Shown: piece after piece, positions 1-9,234 of the stretch | How positions within the stretch are numbered: position 1 is the stretch's first letter | How the letters are laid out: each line of letters starts with the position of its first letter | Origin: a virus | Virus record (IMG/VR): IMGVR_UViG_3300044691_000366 | Location: 3,174 to 67,173 of that record | DNA length: 64,000 nucleotides | Direction: 5' to 3' (one strand) | Made by a program: the position numbers and the translations under genes | Notes under the pieces: generated by a model | The model's input: the letters and a program-made list of their open reading frames with translations, nothing else | The model's database searches: none | What the model was told of the DNA's origin: nothing

Positions 1-290
1 TGGCAGATTGCGCACAGGCCGCCCTGACTAACCATCAGCGCGTCGAATTGCTCGCTGGTGATGCCGTAGTAATGAACCATTTCGTATCGGCGGCGCTGTT
101 CGCGCGTCACGCCGTCCGAATGCTTCTTCGAGTGGGCGATATTGCAAATCTTGCACCGATTGCAGTGACCATCCGGCTTGCTACGGTCGAGGTGAAAATC
201 TTCCAAAATCTTGGATTGCTTGCAAATGCGGCATAGCTTCATGATCGAGATCACGCCGGCCGCGTCAGCTATTTGGGTTATGACGCGCAT
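1..290 (-). CDS. Endonuclease VII-like protein, runs off the window start
   Basis: Manual translation: MKLCRICKQSK...CNRCKIC...YYGITSEQFDALMVSQGGLCAIC (ATG at 290 or 242); not in ORF track. Confidence 0.75.
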   Translation of the reverse strand, partial: MRVITQIADAAGVISIMKLCRICKQSKILEDFHLDRSKPDGHCNRCKICNIAHSKKHSDGVTREQRRRYEMVHYYGITSEQFDALMVSQGGLCAIC

Positions 291-553
291 CGAGCCGATC
301 TCGTGTAATAGAAAATCTGACCGAGATAGACGACGTTCACGCCGGTCAGAAGAATGGACCCGTAGAATGAAGTCCATTGGCTTAAGCCGCTGTAGAAAGC
401 CAAATTCCACCCACCCCAGCTCGCAAAGAAGAAAATCGCCAGGGTCGAGACCCCGCGGACCATCTTTTCGCGGTGGAGCCTTCGAACCGAGAGGAGCAAG
501 GCGAATGCCCCTCCCAGCTCGAAAGCGCCGTTGATGGTGTCCGCGAGCGTCAT
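278..553 (-). CDS. Small 3-TM membrane protein, PQ-loop/SemiSWEET-like
   Basis: Three hydrophobic segments and a RRLHREKMVRGVS loop. Confidence 0.5.
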   Translation of the reverse strand: MTLADTINGAFELGGAFALLLSVRRLHREKMVRGVSTLAIFFFASWGGWNLAFYSGLSQWTSFYGSILLTGVNVVYLGQIFYYTRSARCAS

Positions 554-741
554 GCGGCTTCCGGCTCGACCTTATCGATGAAGGTCTCCGCATCCAGCTT
601 CTTGGGCGGGTGCGCGGCGTAGGTCTTGCCGCGGTTGTAGCCGGTGGCGTATTTGACCCGCGGATCGCGCGGACGGCCGCCGAGCAGCTCGTTGGTCAGG
701 CGATCGTTCAGCCGGGTGAAGCCGACGTTGTGGGCGCTCAA
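550..741 (-). CDS. Hypothetical protein
   Basis: SD AGGAG before TTG at 741; coupled to neighbours. Confidence 0.45.
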   Translation of the reverse strand: MSAHNVGFTRLNDRLTNELLGGRPRDPRVKYATGYNRGKTYAAHPPKKLDAETFIDKVEPEAA

Positions 742-977
742 GATTGTTCTCCTGTTGAATCGGTAAGGGCGTCGCGAATGAACGCGGTGGCGGCGTTGAT
801 CGCGTCCTGGCGCGTCCTGCACGGGCCATCGAGCGCGATCTCGGTCGACTTGTCGTCGCCGGGCAGCGGAATCGACCAGTAGAAGCCGGGCTCGGTCCCC
901 GGCGGCGTCGCGGTCAGATCGGTCAGGTCGTAGACTAGGAACGGCACCTGGGCGGCTGCGAAGTCGGTCGAGATCAT
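738..977 (-). CDS. Hypothetical protein
   Basis: ATG at 977, downstream of operator/promoter at 994-1033. Confidence 0.55.
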   Translation of the reverse strand: MISTDFAAAQVPFLVYDLTDLTATPPGTEPGFYWSIPLPGDDKSTEIALDGPCRTRQDAINAATAFIRDALTDSTGEQS

Positions 978-993
978 CTGTCGTTCCTGTGTA

Positions 994-1007
994 AGTAAAT
1001 GCTGACT
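994..1007. promoter_or_regulatory. 14-bp palindromic operator (AGTCA-N4-TGACT family)
   Basis: AGTAAATGCTGACT; promoter motif TATAGC-N10-AGGGTT at 1012-1033. Confidence 0.75.
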
Positions 1008-1034
1008 GTAATATAGCAGCAAATGAAAGGGTTA

Positions 1035-1260
1035 CAATCGGCAGCTATCTACAGGAGTCCCAGTCTGCGAAAGGCCGTATTCCCTTGTGGAAGGTAGTTG
1101 CGCCGCCGACGTCAACTTGGAGGTAAAACCGTCAGCGGCGCTCAGGAGGGCACTCCTGATAGGAAGATCAACTCGGCCCGTGAGGGCGAGATTTGCTCAA
1201 TTGGGTCGCTCGGTGATTCACATGACGTCCTCCTCGTGTGACATTAATTAGCTTCGACCA
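1035..1260 (-). ncRNA. Candidate structured small RNA or leader with its own promoter and operator
   Basis: About 225 nt without a long ORF, several hairpins, directly downstream of promoter motif at 1286 and operator at 1262. Confidence 0.4.
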
Positions 1261-1261
1261 C

Positions 1262-1275
1262 AGTCAATGCTTACT
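1262..1275. promoter_or_regulatory. 14-bp palindromic operator
   Basis: AGTCAATGCTTACT. Confidence 0.75.
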
Positions 1276-1276
1276 G

Positions 1277-1870
1277 TCAATGTAGTATAGCAGAGAATGC
1301 AAGGATGTCGATCGGCGTCGGTCGGTGAAGCAATCGGACGACGGGATCCGCCGTAGACCCGCGGTGCCAGACGAACCAGGAGCATTCGATCACCGGCTTG
1401 CCCTTGCCGTTGAAGTCCACGCGCCAGGTCAGCGGATAGATGATCGCCGGCGGATGCTTCTCGAACAGCGCCGAGCGGCCCTTGGCGTGGAAGAAGGTCG
1501 ATTTGAGCAGCAGCGCCATCTTGCGCGGCTGCAAAACCTCGAGCCCGTGCTCGATCATGGATGCTGCGATGTTCCAGGGCGGGTTGGTGAACAGGTTGTG
1601 CCCGACCTTCTTCTTGATCGAGAAGAAGTCCCGCTGGTGCCCGTAGCCGCGATTGATAAGGTCGGATGAAACGACCTTATATCCTGCCTTTTCTATCAGC
1701 TTCGACATGGTGCCGTCGCCGCAGCAGAACTCGTGCATGACGCCGTCGAACTTCTCGACGCCGAGGATGGCGATCGTCGGCTCGATGGGCGTTGGGTAAT
1801 GGTCGTTTTCGACCCGACCATCGGCGGGGTTTCCGCCGGCCATCATTGCGCCCAGACCAAGAGTGGTCAT
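1277..1870 (-). CDS. SAM-dependent DNA amino-methyltransferase
   Basis: YPTP, EFCCGDG (motif I) and TNPPW (motif IV); ATGA overlap with nrdJ stop. Confidence 0.8.
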   Translation of the reverse strand: MTTLGLGAMMAGGNPADGRVENDHYPTPIEPTIAILGVEKFDGVMHEFCCGDGTMSKLIEKAGYKVVSSDLINRGYGHQRDFFSIKKKVGHNLFTNPPWNIAASMIEHGLEVLQPRKMALLLKSTFFHAKGRSALFEKHPPAIIYPLTWRVDFNGKGKPVIECSWFVWHRGSTADPVVRLLHRPTPIDILAFSAILH

Positions 1871-4800
1871 GCGGCGACCTTCTCGCCGATATCCACAGGA
1901 CAAGCTCCAGAAGCGCAATCGATATGTTCAAGGCCAATATCCTCCATCATGTTGCTGGCGGCGATCGCCGCCGCAATGTGCTCGTATTCCTCCTTGTTGA
2001 CGGCGCTCTCGGGCAGATACTCGTAGGCGGACTTGTCCTCCTGCGGCATCACCGAGCAGCAGCGGATCTTGAACTGACCTTCGATCAGGGTGTCCCAGAA
2101 GCGATCGAAGGAGATCTTCTTCGGATCGTATTTGAGGGTGTAGGAGACCTGGTTGCCGGTCTCGGCGAGCGGCGTGACGCCGTCTTCCTCGACGCCGGTC
2201 AGCCAGTATTTCTCCAGCAGCTCCAGGAAGCGGTATTGCTCCTCGGGCGTTGCTTCGGAGGCCGTGACCACCCAGGCGCCGCCGTCCAGCTCGCAGATCG
2301 CAGGGCGGGTCGGGAAGCCCACGATCGTCGTGCCGGAATAGGTCTTGAGATGCTTGATCGGGTAGCCCTTAGATTCGTATTCCTTGACCAGTGGATCGTC
2401 GTTGCGGAACTGCACCCAGCGGACGAACTCCCGCATGGTCGGCAGATGCGCGCCCTCCGTCAGACCGAACAGCTTCGATGTGGTGCCCGCGGGTTTGAAG
2501 GTTGTGTTGGTGTGTGGAATGGTAACGCCGAGTGTCATGGCGTATGTCATCGACTCATCGACGATGGCACGCTTGAACCGCGACAACGTCAGCCACATTT
2601 CCTTGGACTTCTCCTCGTCGACGATATCGTGCCAGGTGAAGCCGAAGCGGGCATAGGCCCACTCGTGAAAGCCGGTGATGCCGACGCCGATGCGGTTGGT
2701 CCGCGTGACCTCGCGCTTGTAGATGCAGTCCATCAGGTTGGTGCGGATCAGCGCCCGCGTCGCAGTGCGGAAGGCGTCCTCGGCGTCCGTGTCCCAAGCC
2801 CACTCCTGAACCTCGGGCGAAAAGTCCGAATTTCGAGCCAGCGTGCCCGCATGAAACGGCACCACGTCGGCGATGACGCAGTAGCCGCCCAACAGCAGAA
2901 GCACGATCTCGCCGCAGGGGTTCGTGATGACCTTGTATTTCAGGCCGATGCACGCCTTCGCCAGTGCCTGCATCAGGGGCAGGCTCTCGGCGTCGACCTT
3001 GAACTTGGCGCCCTCGGCGAACATGCCGTCGAGATATTCGGGCAATCCTTCGTCGTTCTGGGTCAGCCGGTCCTGGTTGATGATCCCAGGCTCACCGGTG
3101 CCGTCGTTGTAGGCGGCCGCGGCGATCGCCTTCATGACGCGGAAGGCGTGAACCTCCATTTCCGTGGCGTATTTGTCGGCCACGATGTAGGCGAGCCACT
3201 TATCCGTGTGGACGGTGCTGGTCGCGCCTTCCCCAAAGAAACGCCGCATTAGCGCCCGCACTTTAAGCACGCCGTTCCTAAAATCGGCATCGACAGTGAC
3301 CGAATTATTTGACGACCAAAGGAAGCCGCCGCGCTTGACCGCGATGAAGTCGAAAATGGTCTTGTCGCGCCAGTTCTTGGTGGACATGCGCGCCGCGCGC
3401 CGGGCGCCGCCGACGAGCACGCATTCGGCCGCATAGTGGTCGGCGTAGATCGCTGCGCGCCACGGCGCCATGCCGGCGTCACGGAGCTTCGCAATATTGG
3501 CGATCGCGGCCATCAGCGGCCCCGGACCCGACGCCGGGCGACCCTGCATGCCCATGATCGGCGCGTCGCGCGGGCGGACAATCGAGAAGTCCAGGATCAG
3601 CACTTCGTCGCGCCGTTCCTCGAACGCCATGCGCTCAACGATCTCGATCGCCTTGGCCCAGCCCTCGCGACTGTCGGGGACGACATAAGTGGTGACCTTG
3701 CGGTCGGCGTAGAGGTGCTTGGCGTCCTTCACGGTCGAGTAGCCCTGGATCAGGCGCTTCTCGACGTCCTGGTGGTTCCAGTCGATCGCGCAGACTACGA
3801 TCGGCATCTGGTTGAGATCGGCGACGATCATGTCATCGTCATAGGCGCGGCCGACGCCGGCGCCGTTGAGCAGCAGATAAAACAGCAGGAAGGTGTTCGC
3901 CGCGGTGGCGCAGTTGCCGGTCAGAAGACCATTGGCGAGCACGAAACCCTGAGTGACCGGCTCCTCGACGCAATAGACCTCGTCGTATTCGAAGTCCTCA
4001 ATGCCTCGAACTTTTACGAAAGTCTCGCGGGTGAGCCTGATCGTGTAGAGCGTTTTTCCGTTGTCAAAGCCTGGGTGGATGCGTTCACTTCGATCATGAA
4101 CGGTCATGCCGACAATTCGATATCCCGCATAGGCAGCGTATTCCCGAAGCCAATCAATAGCGGCCTCGTTTGACGTGCTGATCTCAATGCCGGGCCGGTC
4201 ATAGGTTTTGGAACCATCCGCGAGCCACCAGCCCTTGATAAAGCCTGCGACATAGCTCGGATCGACCGTGAACGGCACTTCTTTCCAAAACCGCTTCTTG
4301 CCGACGTAGACGACAGGATCGCCGCCGGCGCTTTTTGGATAGGAGACGCCGAAACCATCAAAGAGTGAGAGATATTTCTTGTCAGCGCCGCAAAGCCGGA
4401 TCCCGAGATAATCTCGCCCCTGACACGCCATACCGTCGTGATAATCGTTGCGCCGCTTATGCGATGAACCGTCGCCAAAAATCAGACCGTGTCGAATTGC
4501 CTCATCGTCCTCATCTTCGAGAAAGACGGGGTTCTCCAGCACGTCGCCAACCTTGAGCGTCGTGGTCACCGTGCCGTCGCGCAAGAACCAACGATGGTTG
4601 GCTGTTGCGATCACTTCCTGCGACGTGCGACTCATTGGCCCCGACAGGCCGCCGAACTTGATCCGGAAAAGCTCCTGGGTGCCGTATGATTTGACCGCGG
4701 CCGGGCGCCACACGCCGTCGCGCGCCTTCACAGTGACCGTTTGTCCGACGATAGTGTCGATTGCTACCGGACCATGTTCGAGCGTCAGAATCTTCGTGTC

Positions 4801-5310
4801 GCCATGTAGGCAGTTCGTGAAAACCTCCATGTTACGAGTCGGTTGGGTCTCGTCGCCGTGCTGCAGATGGCGCCCGGACATGAGCACCGAGGCCTGGCGC
4901 AAATGGTGCTCCAAGGCCTGGCGCTCCGAGGCCTGCATCATCGGCCTGGGTTCGAGCAGCGAATTACCGTGCGCTACGCGCTTCGCCACATCTGCCCAAT
5001 CTTCAACACCTTTTCGCCCTGTTGCCCAGAAAAAGCCTGACATTGTCTCTTTTTCGACACCATTATACGTGCCGTATTCGATCGGATCCGTAAGCACGTA
5101 TCCCTCTTTCGCAGCGTAGGCTTCGACCATTGCCCGTGCAGTTTCGTGACTAATGTCACCGGGCGCCGGAATATTGAATTGGATCAGCTCCGGTTCGTCG
5201 AACTTGCGGATGATCTTACGGTTCACGGTGCGGTCTGCGACGGCTTTGCCCATGCCGCTGTGATAATTACGGGCGGGGGTGGAGAGGGCATGCGTCGGCG
5301 ATCGGCCCAT
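1867..5310 (-). CDS. nrdJ: Class II (B12-dependent) ribonucleotide reductase containing an intein
   Basis: SGRHL, GAGVG, PDSREGW, GGARR, TNPCGEI, KPAGTTS, C-terminal CASGACP. Confidence 0.92.
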   Translation of the reverse strand: MGRSPTHALSTPARNYHSGMGKAVADRTVNRKIIRKFDEPELIQFNIPAPGDISHETARAMVEAYAAKEGYVLTDPIEYGTYNGVEKETMSGFFWATGRKGVEDWADVAKRVAHGNSLLEPRPMMQASERQALEHHLRQASVLMSGRHLQHGDETQPTRNMEVFTNCLHGDTKILTLEHGPVAIDTIVGQTVTVKARDGVWRPAAVKSYGTQELFRIKFGGLSGPMSRTSQEVIATANHRWFLRDGTVTTTLKVGDVLENPVFLEDEDDEAIRHGLIFGDGSSHKRRNDYHDGMACQGRDYLGIRLCGADKKYLSLFDGFGVSYPKSAGGDPVVYVGKKRFWKEVPFTVDPSYVAGFIKGWWLADGSKTYDRPGIEISTSNEAAIDWLREYAAYAGYRIVGMTVHDRSERIHPGFDNGKTLYTIRLTRETFVKVRGIEDFEYDEVYCVEEPVTQGFVLANGLLTGNCATAANTFLLFYLLLNGAGVGRAYDDDMIVADLNQMPIVVCAIDWNHQDVEKRLIQGYSTVKDAKHLYADRKVTTYVVPDSREGWAKAIEIVERMAFEERRDEVLILDFSIVRPRDAPIMGMQGRPASGPGPLMAAIANIAKLRDAGMAPWRAAIYADHYAAECVLVGGARRAARMSTKNWRDKTIFDFIAVKRGGFLWSSNNSVTVDADFRNGVLKVRALMRRFFGEGATSTVHTDKWLAYIVADKYATEMEVHAFRVMKAIAAAAYNDGTGEPGIINQDRLTQNDEGLPEYLDGMFAEGAKFKVDAESLPLMQALAKACIGLKYKVITNPCGEIVLLLLGGYCVIADVVPFHAGTLARNSDFSPEVQEWAWDTDAEDAFRTATRALIRTNLMDCIYKREVTRTNRIGVGITGFHEWAYARFGFTWHDIVDEEKSKEMWLTLSRFKRAIVDESMTYAMTLGVTIPHTNTTFKPAGTTSKLFGLTEGAHLPTMREFVRWVQFRNDDPLVKEYESKGYPIKHLKTYSGTTIVGFPTRPAICELDGGAWVVTASEATPEEQYRFLELLEKYWLTGVEEDGVTPLAETGNQVSYTLKYDPKKISFDRFWDTLIEGQFKIRCCSVMPQEDKSAYEYLPESAVNKEEYEHIAAAIAASNMMEDIGLEHIDCASGACPVDIGEKVAA
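3913..4812 (-). mobile_element. 300-aa intein with LAGLIDADG homing endonuclease in NrdJ
   Basis: Starts CLHGDTKIL, block B ATANHRW, LAGLIDADG-like HGLIFGDGS and KGWWLADGS, ends VYCVEE...FVLANGLLTGN followed by Cys+1. Confidence 0.92.
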
Positions 5311-5366
5311 AATCAGGCTCCTTACATTTTACGTGGATGAGTGGTCGGAATGGTAGAGTTTAGAAC

Positions 5367-5380
5367 AGTCAACGGTGACT
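5367..5380. promoter_or_regulatory. 14-bp palindromic operator upstream of nrdJ
   Basis: AGTCAACGGTGACT. Confidence 0.8.
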
Positions 5381-5406
5381 GTATAGAATGAAGATTCGTT
5401 GACGGC

Positions 5407-6018
5407 TCAGGCCGCCTGTGCAGGAGCGGCGCGCCACATGGCGAGCAACTGTTTGAACTGGTCGGTCTGGATGCCGGCGTGGGCGACAGCCATTGCGTCG
5501 GCGACGTGCTCCTCGTCGTCCATGATATCGCCCTTCTTCCGAACGAGCTTGCCCTTGCGGATGATATCCCGCTCGTAGCGCACCCAGGGGCCTCCTGGGT
5601 AAGCCGCAGCCGCCCACTCGATCATTTCCTCCTTCGAGGCGGTCTTCGTCCCCACGGTCGCCAGCTTCGTCTCTGAGGGCTGAACCTGAATAACCGGAAC
5701 CGGGCAGGCGGCGACAGCCATGGTCGCAGCGCCGAATGACCACATCGCGCGCGCATCCTGGGCGCCGGTGGGGATCTCCGCGAAGACCACGGTGCAATCG
5801 GCGACCAGCGGCCGATAGGCGTTGATGATCTCCTGGCAGCGCCGCAGATCGTCTGAGTTCTGCCGAACGATCTTGCGCGCGGCCTTGGCGACCTTCTCGG
5901 TTCGGATCGTATGCAGGCTGATGATGCCGAACTGGAGCGTTTCCAGCTTCAAAACCAGCCGGGCGACGGCGAAGTTCGACAGCGAGGGGTCGAGGGCGGC
6001 TACCCGGATGGCTTTCAT
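5407..6018 (-). CDS. RuvC-like Holliday junction resolvase
   Basis: AALDPSLSNF, VFAEIP, ASKEEM, HVADA. Confidence 0.85.
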   Translation of the reverse strand: MKAIRVAALDPSLSNFAVARLVLKLETLQFGIISLHTIRTEKVAKAARKIVRQNSDDLRRCQEIINAYRPLVADCTVVFAEIPTGAQDARAMWSFGAATMAVAACPVPVIQVQPSETKLATVGTKTASKEEMIEWAAAAYPGGPWVRYERDIIRKGKLVRKKGDIMDDEEHVADAMAVAHAGIQTDQFKQLLAMWRAAPAQAA

Positions 6019-6569
6019 CAGAACGAGCCCCAATTCGGGTTGTCGCCGTAGGCGTCCTGCATGATCTCGGCCTTCACCTCGACCGCGGTCTTGATCTCGC
6101 CCTTAAGGCGATCACGCTCTGCGGAGATCCAGCCAACCTTGGAGTTGGCGAAATTGACGGCCCTATCGTGCGTGACGTTGAGCGCCACAATGAGCGATTG
6201 TTCAAAGTCCGGGAATACACCAAAGGCTTTGGTCTCGTCGATCTCGATGTGGATGCACTTGGTCGGATCGAGCGGCTCGAACTCGAAAATGATCTGGTGC
6301 CTGGCGCCGAGCTTCGCTGTCTTGAAGGTGAACTCTTCGTCGGCCGCGATCGGTTTGACCTTGTAATTCTTGTCGTGGGTCCAGGTCGTGACCGAAACCG
6401 GGGCGCTCGGAGCGAAGATTTCAGCAGCGATCGGGCCAGTGAACATCTTGTCGTTCAGCGCGTGAACGAACGCCTTGAGCAGCGCGATCGGGCTCATGGG
6501 ATCCGACGAGGGCATTCCGGCGTTGTCGAACTCGTCGGTCTTAGTCCTGGGTCGCGGTCGTCGTGCCAT
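6018..6569 (-). CDS. Hypothetical phage protein
   Basis: ORF behind operator/promoter; ends YGDNPNWGSF. Confidence 0.65.
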   Translation of the reverse strand: MARRPRPRTKTDEFDNAGMPSSDPMSPIALLKAFVHALNDKMFTGPIAAEIFAPSAPVSVTTWTHDKNYKVKPIAADEEFTFKTAKLGARHQIIFEFEPLDPTKCIHIEIDETKAFGVFPDFEQSLIVALNVTHDRAVNFANSKVGWISAERDRLKGEIKTAVEVKAEIMQDAYGDNPNWGSF

Positions 6570-6582
6570 TTGTGCCCGTTTC

Positions 6583-6596
6583 AGTCAGTGTTGACT
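6583..6596. promoter_or_regulatory. 14-bp palindromic operator
   Basis: AGTCAGTGTTGACT; promoter motif variant at 6604-6625. Confidence 0.8.
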
Positions 6597-6749
6597 GTTT
6601 TAATATAGCAGAAAATCGAAGGTTTGCGACTTCTCTCAGGGCGGCGGCCGCGGCGATCGCAATCTCGCCGGGCTGTTGCAGGAAGCCGCGGGCGTCACGC
6701 TGCGGCTTTTCGAGGATGCTGGCGTAGGTCAGCATTGTCTCGGGCGAGG

Positions 6750-6995
6750 TCAATCCGGCGTCCAGCCGGCTTCGACCAGCGCGTCGATGCCATCGAAGAA
6801 GATCGCCGTGCGATTTTCGCCGGGGTGCGCAGAAATGACGATTCGACCGGGTTGCAGGCCCTCCTGATAAATCACGCCGAACTCCATCGGATTATCGCTG
6901 ATCCGCTTCATACAGAGATAGACGCCGGGCCAGGTGCTCTTGTCGAGAACCATCTTACGGGCGCGAGCCTCGCGAACGGGGTCTAGTTTGGTCAT
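6750..6995 (-). CDS. Hypothetical protein
   Basis: Coupled ORF. Confidence 0.55.
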   Translation of the reverse strand: MTKLDPVREARARKMVLDKSTWPGVYLCMKRISDNPMEFGVIYQEGLQPGRIVISAHPGENRTAIFFDGIDALVEAGWTPD

Positions 6996-7339
6996 GTTGT
7001 TTCTCTCTTTATCTGACGGATAATATCGCCCATCGAGCCAACTTTGGTGATGGACCAGCCGCAGGTCGGGGCGGCCGAATAGGGCTGAACGGGCAGTGCC
7101 TTGAGTAGATTGCGAATGCTCATACCAGCTTCCTGCATTCGGTCGCGGAAGTCCGCTTCGCTCTCATCATGGGACACGATGGCGCGACTGAACCCGCCGA
7201 CGCTCGGGGGCGGCAATTCGTTACCCGAAATCCCGTAGAAGCCGATGGTGAAGATGCAGACCTGACGCTTCGTCACGAAACGCATTCCTCTATAGTTGCC
7301 TTGCCGCCTGATTTCTTCACGGTGATGGTGTTGCGACAC
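6992..7339 (-). CDS. Hypothetical protein (start uncertain)
   Basis: Coupled ORF downstream of sbcC. Confidence 0.45.
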   Translation of the reverse strand: MSQHHHREEIRRQGNYRGMRFVTKRQVCIFTIGFYGISGNELPPPSVGGFSRAIVSHDESEADFRDRMQEAGMSIRNLLKALPVQPYSAAPTCGWSITKVGSMGDIIRQIKRETT

Positions 7340-9213
7340 ATATCCTTGAGGTCGTTGTGGCTGATGACGAGCACGGTGCCGCGCTCCTTGCCCTTTTCCT
7401 CGAGAATCTCGGCCAGACGCTGCAAGCCCGCGGGATCCAGCGCATCGTCGATTTCGTCGCCGATGAACAGCTCGATGGGCTTCGAGGCCCGGCGCGCGAC
7501 CAGGTCTTGCAGGGCGAGGGCGCAGGCGATCCGCACCTTGCGCTTCTCGCCGCCCGACACGCTCTTGAAGGTGGCGCCGCCGCTGGTGGTCGCGATCTCG
7601 ACCGAGAACTTCTCCCGCAGCTCGCCCTTGGCGTTCTTGATCAGGGTGGTCCAGGTCGCGCTGATGTTACCATCGGACAGCGTTCCCAGGTATTTCGCGG
7701 TCTGATCGTTGAGGAACGGCGTCACCTCGTCGAGCAGAAAGGCGCGGACACCGCTCGGGCTGAAGATTTCGGAGACCTTGGTGTGGACCCTGACGGCCGT
7801 TGTTGCGGCGATGACCAGATTCTGATCAGCTTTCGCTTTGAGCGCCATGTCGACCATTCGCTTCTCGGCCGCGGTGATCTGGGCGATGAACGGGTTGGTT
7901 TCGTCGCGTTTCGCCTTGATCGCGCGAATGGCGTTGGCGAGGTCGGATTTGAGCCCCTTGATGCCGCTCTCGGCCAGGGTCACGGCACGCAGCGCAGCGA
8001 TCAGGGAAGCTCGCTCAGCGACGGAACCAGTTAGATCAGTCATTGACGCTTTGTAAGCGTCCCGCGCACTGACAGCGCTGCGAGCGTTTAGCAAAGCGCT
8101 ATCCTTCGCAGCGCGTGCATCTGTCAGCGCTTCACTCGCTTCGGTGAGCTTTTTGAGGGCGATTTTCTTTGCGGGCTCGATGTCGGCCGCGGTGAACGGT
8201 CGATCGCAGGTTCCGCACGGGCAGCCGATCTTGTGATCGAGGCCCTTTAGAGCCTTGGCGTTATCCGTCACCTGGCGCTCGAACACGATCAGATTGGTCG
8301 TTGCTTGATCAGCGGCGCCGCGCGCCTTGTGCATCGCAGCCTCGAAATCTCTCAATACCGTCTGCTCGGCTTCCACCGAGGCGATCTTGTCGTCGAGCGC
8401 CGCGATCTGCGCCTCAAGGTCGACGCGCGACACCATTTCAGCGAGATCCGCTTCTGCGTCGGCGACGCCGGTTTTGGTCCTCTTCGCTTCTACGGCGATC
8501 TCCCGAACCGTCTCGATGCGATCCGCCTCGAATTTGTCCCGCGCGTCGTGACTGGATTTGATCAGTTCGGCTGCCTCCTTTTCGCGCTGCGCCGCGTTGG
8601 TCGCGTGCAGTTCTGCGGCGCCGAGGGCGTTTTTCTTCGCCAAAAGCAGGGCGTTGGCTTCCTTGTAAGCTGCTTCGAGCAGCATGGCGCCGGATGCTTC
8701 CTCGATCAGCACCTTGAGCTGCTTGTCGGTCATGCCGGGAATGTCGGGCATCTTCTCTTGTCCGGCGTAGATTGCGCCCCAGAACACCTCCAGCGAGCAG
8801 CCCATGATCGCATCGACTACCGGCTGAGTTAGCGGGGTGGTGCCTTTGGTCATATTGATCGTTGGAGAACCAGCGGTGGTGCTGGAGACCGTCAGCGTGT
8901 TCTTGCCGATCGAGTGCTTGCGGTGGCGCGCGACGACATATTCAGTGTCACCCTCTCGGATGTGGATCGAGACGCGGGTTCCCTTGCCGGCGGCGATGTT
9001 CACGACGCCGTCGCCATCCTCCTCGCGCGCGGTGGATCCGTAGAGGCACCACGACAGCGCGTCGGCGATCGACGACTTGCCGGCGCCGTTGCTGACGGCG
9101 GAGCTATCGTCCTCGTTCTCACCCTGGATCAGCACCAGGCCGCGATCAGCGAGGCTCAACTCGGCGCGGCCGATTGCCATAAAATTGTCGATGCAGAGCT
9201 TGGTAAATTTCAT
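7273..9213 (-). CDS. sbcC: SbcC/Rad50-like SMC ATPase
   Basis: Walker A NGAGKSS, zinc hook CPCGTC, signature SGGEK, Walker B FIGDE, H-loop VISH. Confidence 0.92.
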   Translation of the reverse strand: MKFTKLCIDNFMAIGRAELSLADRGLVLIQGENEDDSSAVSNGAGKSSIADALSWCLYGSTAREEDGDGVVNIAAGKGTRVSIHIREGDTEYVVARHRKHSIGKNTLTVSSTTAGSPTINMTKGTTPLTQPVVDAIMGCSLEVFWGAIYAGQEKMPDIPGMTDKQLKVLIEEASGAMLLEAAYKEANALLLAKKNALGAAELHATNAAQREKEAAELIKSSHDARDKFEADRIETVREIAVEAKRTKTGVADAEADLAEMVSRVDLEAQIAALDDKIASVEAEQTVLRDFEAAMHKARGAADQATTNLIVFERQVTDNAKALKGLDHKIGCPCGTCDRPFTAADIEPAKKIALKKLTEASEALTDARAAKDSALLNARSAVSARDAYKASMTDLTGSVAERASLIAALRAVTLAESGIKGLKSDLANAIRAIKAKRDETNPFIAQITAAEKRMVDMALKAKADQNLVIAATTAVRVHTKVSEIFSPSGVRAFLLDEVTPFLNDQTAKYLGTLSDGNISATWTTLIKNAKGELREKFSVEIATTSGGATFKSVSGGEKRKVRIACALALQDLVARRASKPIELFIGDEIDDALDPAGLQRLAEILEEKGKERGTVLVISHNDLKDMCRNTITVKKSGGKATIEECVS

Positions 9214-9234
9214 GTTCTCTCTCGTTTGCTCAGA

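Noticed and set aside
1277-1870. MTase as part of a restriction-modification system
   Set aside because: No adjacent restriction endonuclease; an orphan phage MTase is the simpler reading
1792-3252. Long plus-strand ORFs (also 28624-29829, 35312-36544, 49871-50917 and many others)
   Set aside because: Antisense shadows of GC3-rich minus-strand genes with no recognisable motifs
6541-6753. 70-aa ORF
   Set aside because: Runs through the operator/promoter and overlaps the next gene; coupled start makes it possible, but support is insufficient
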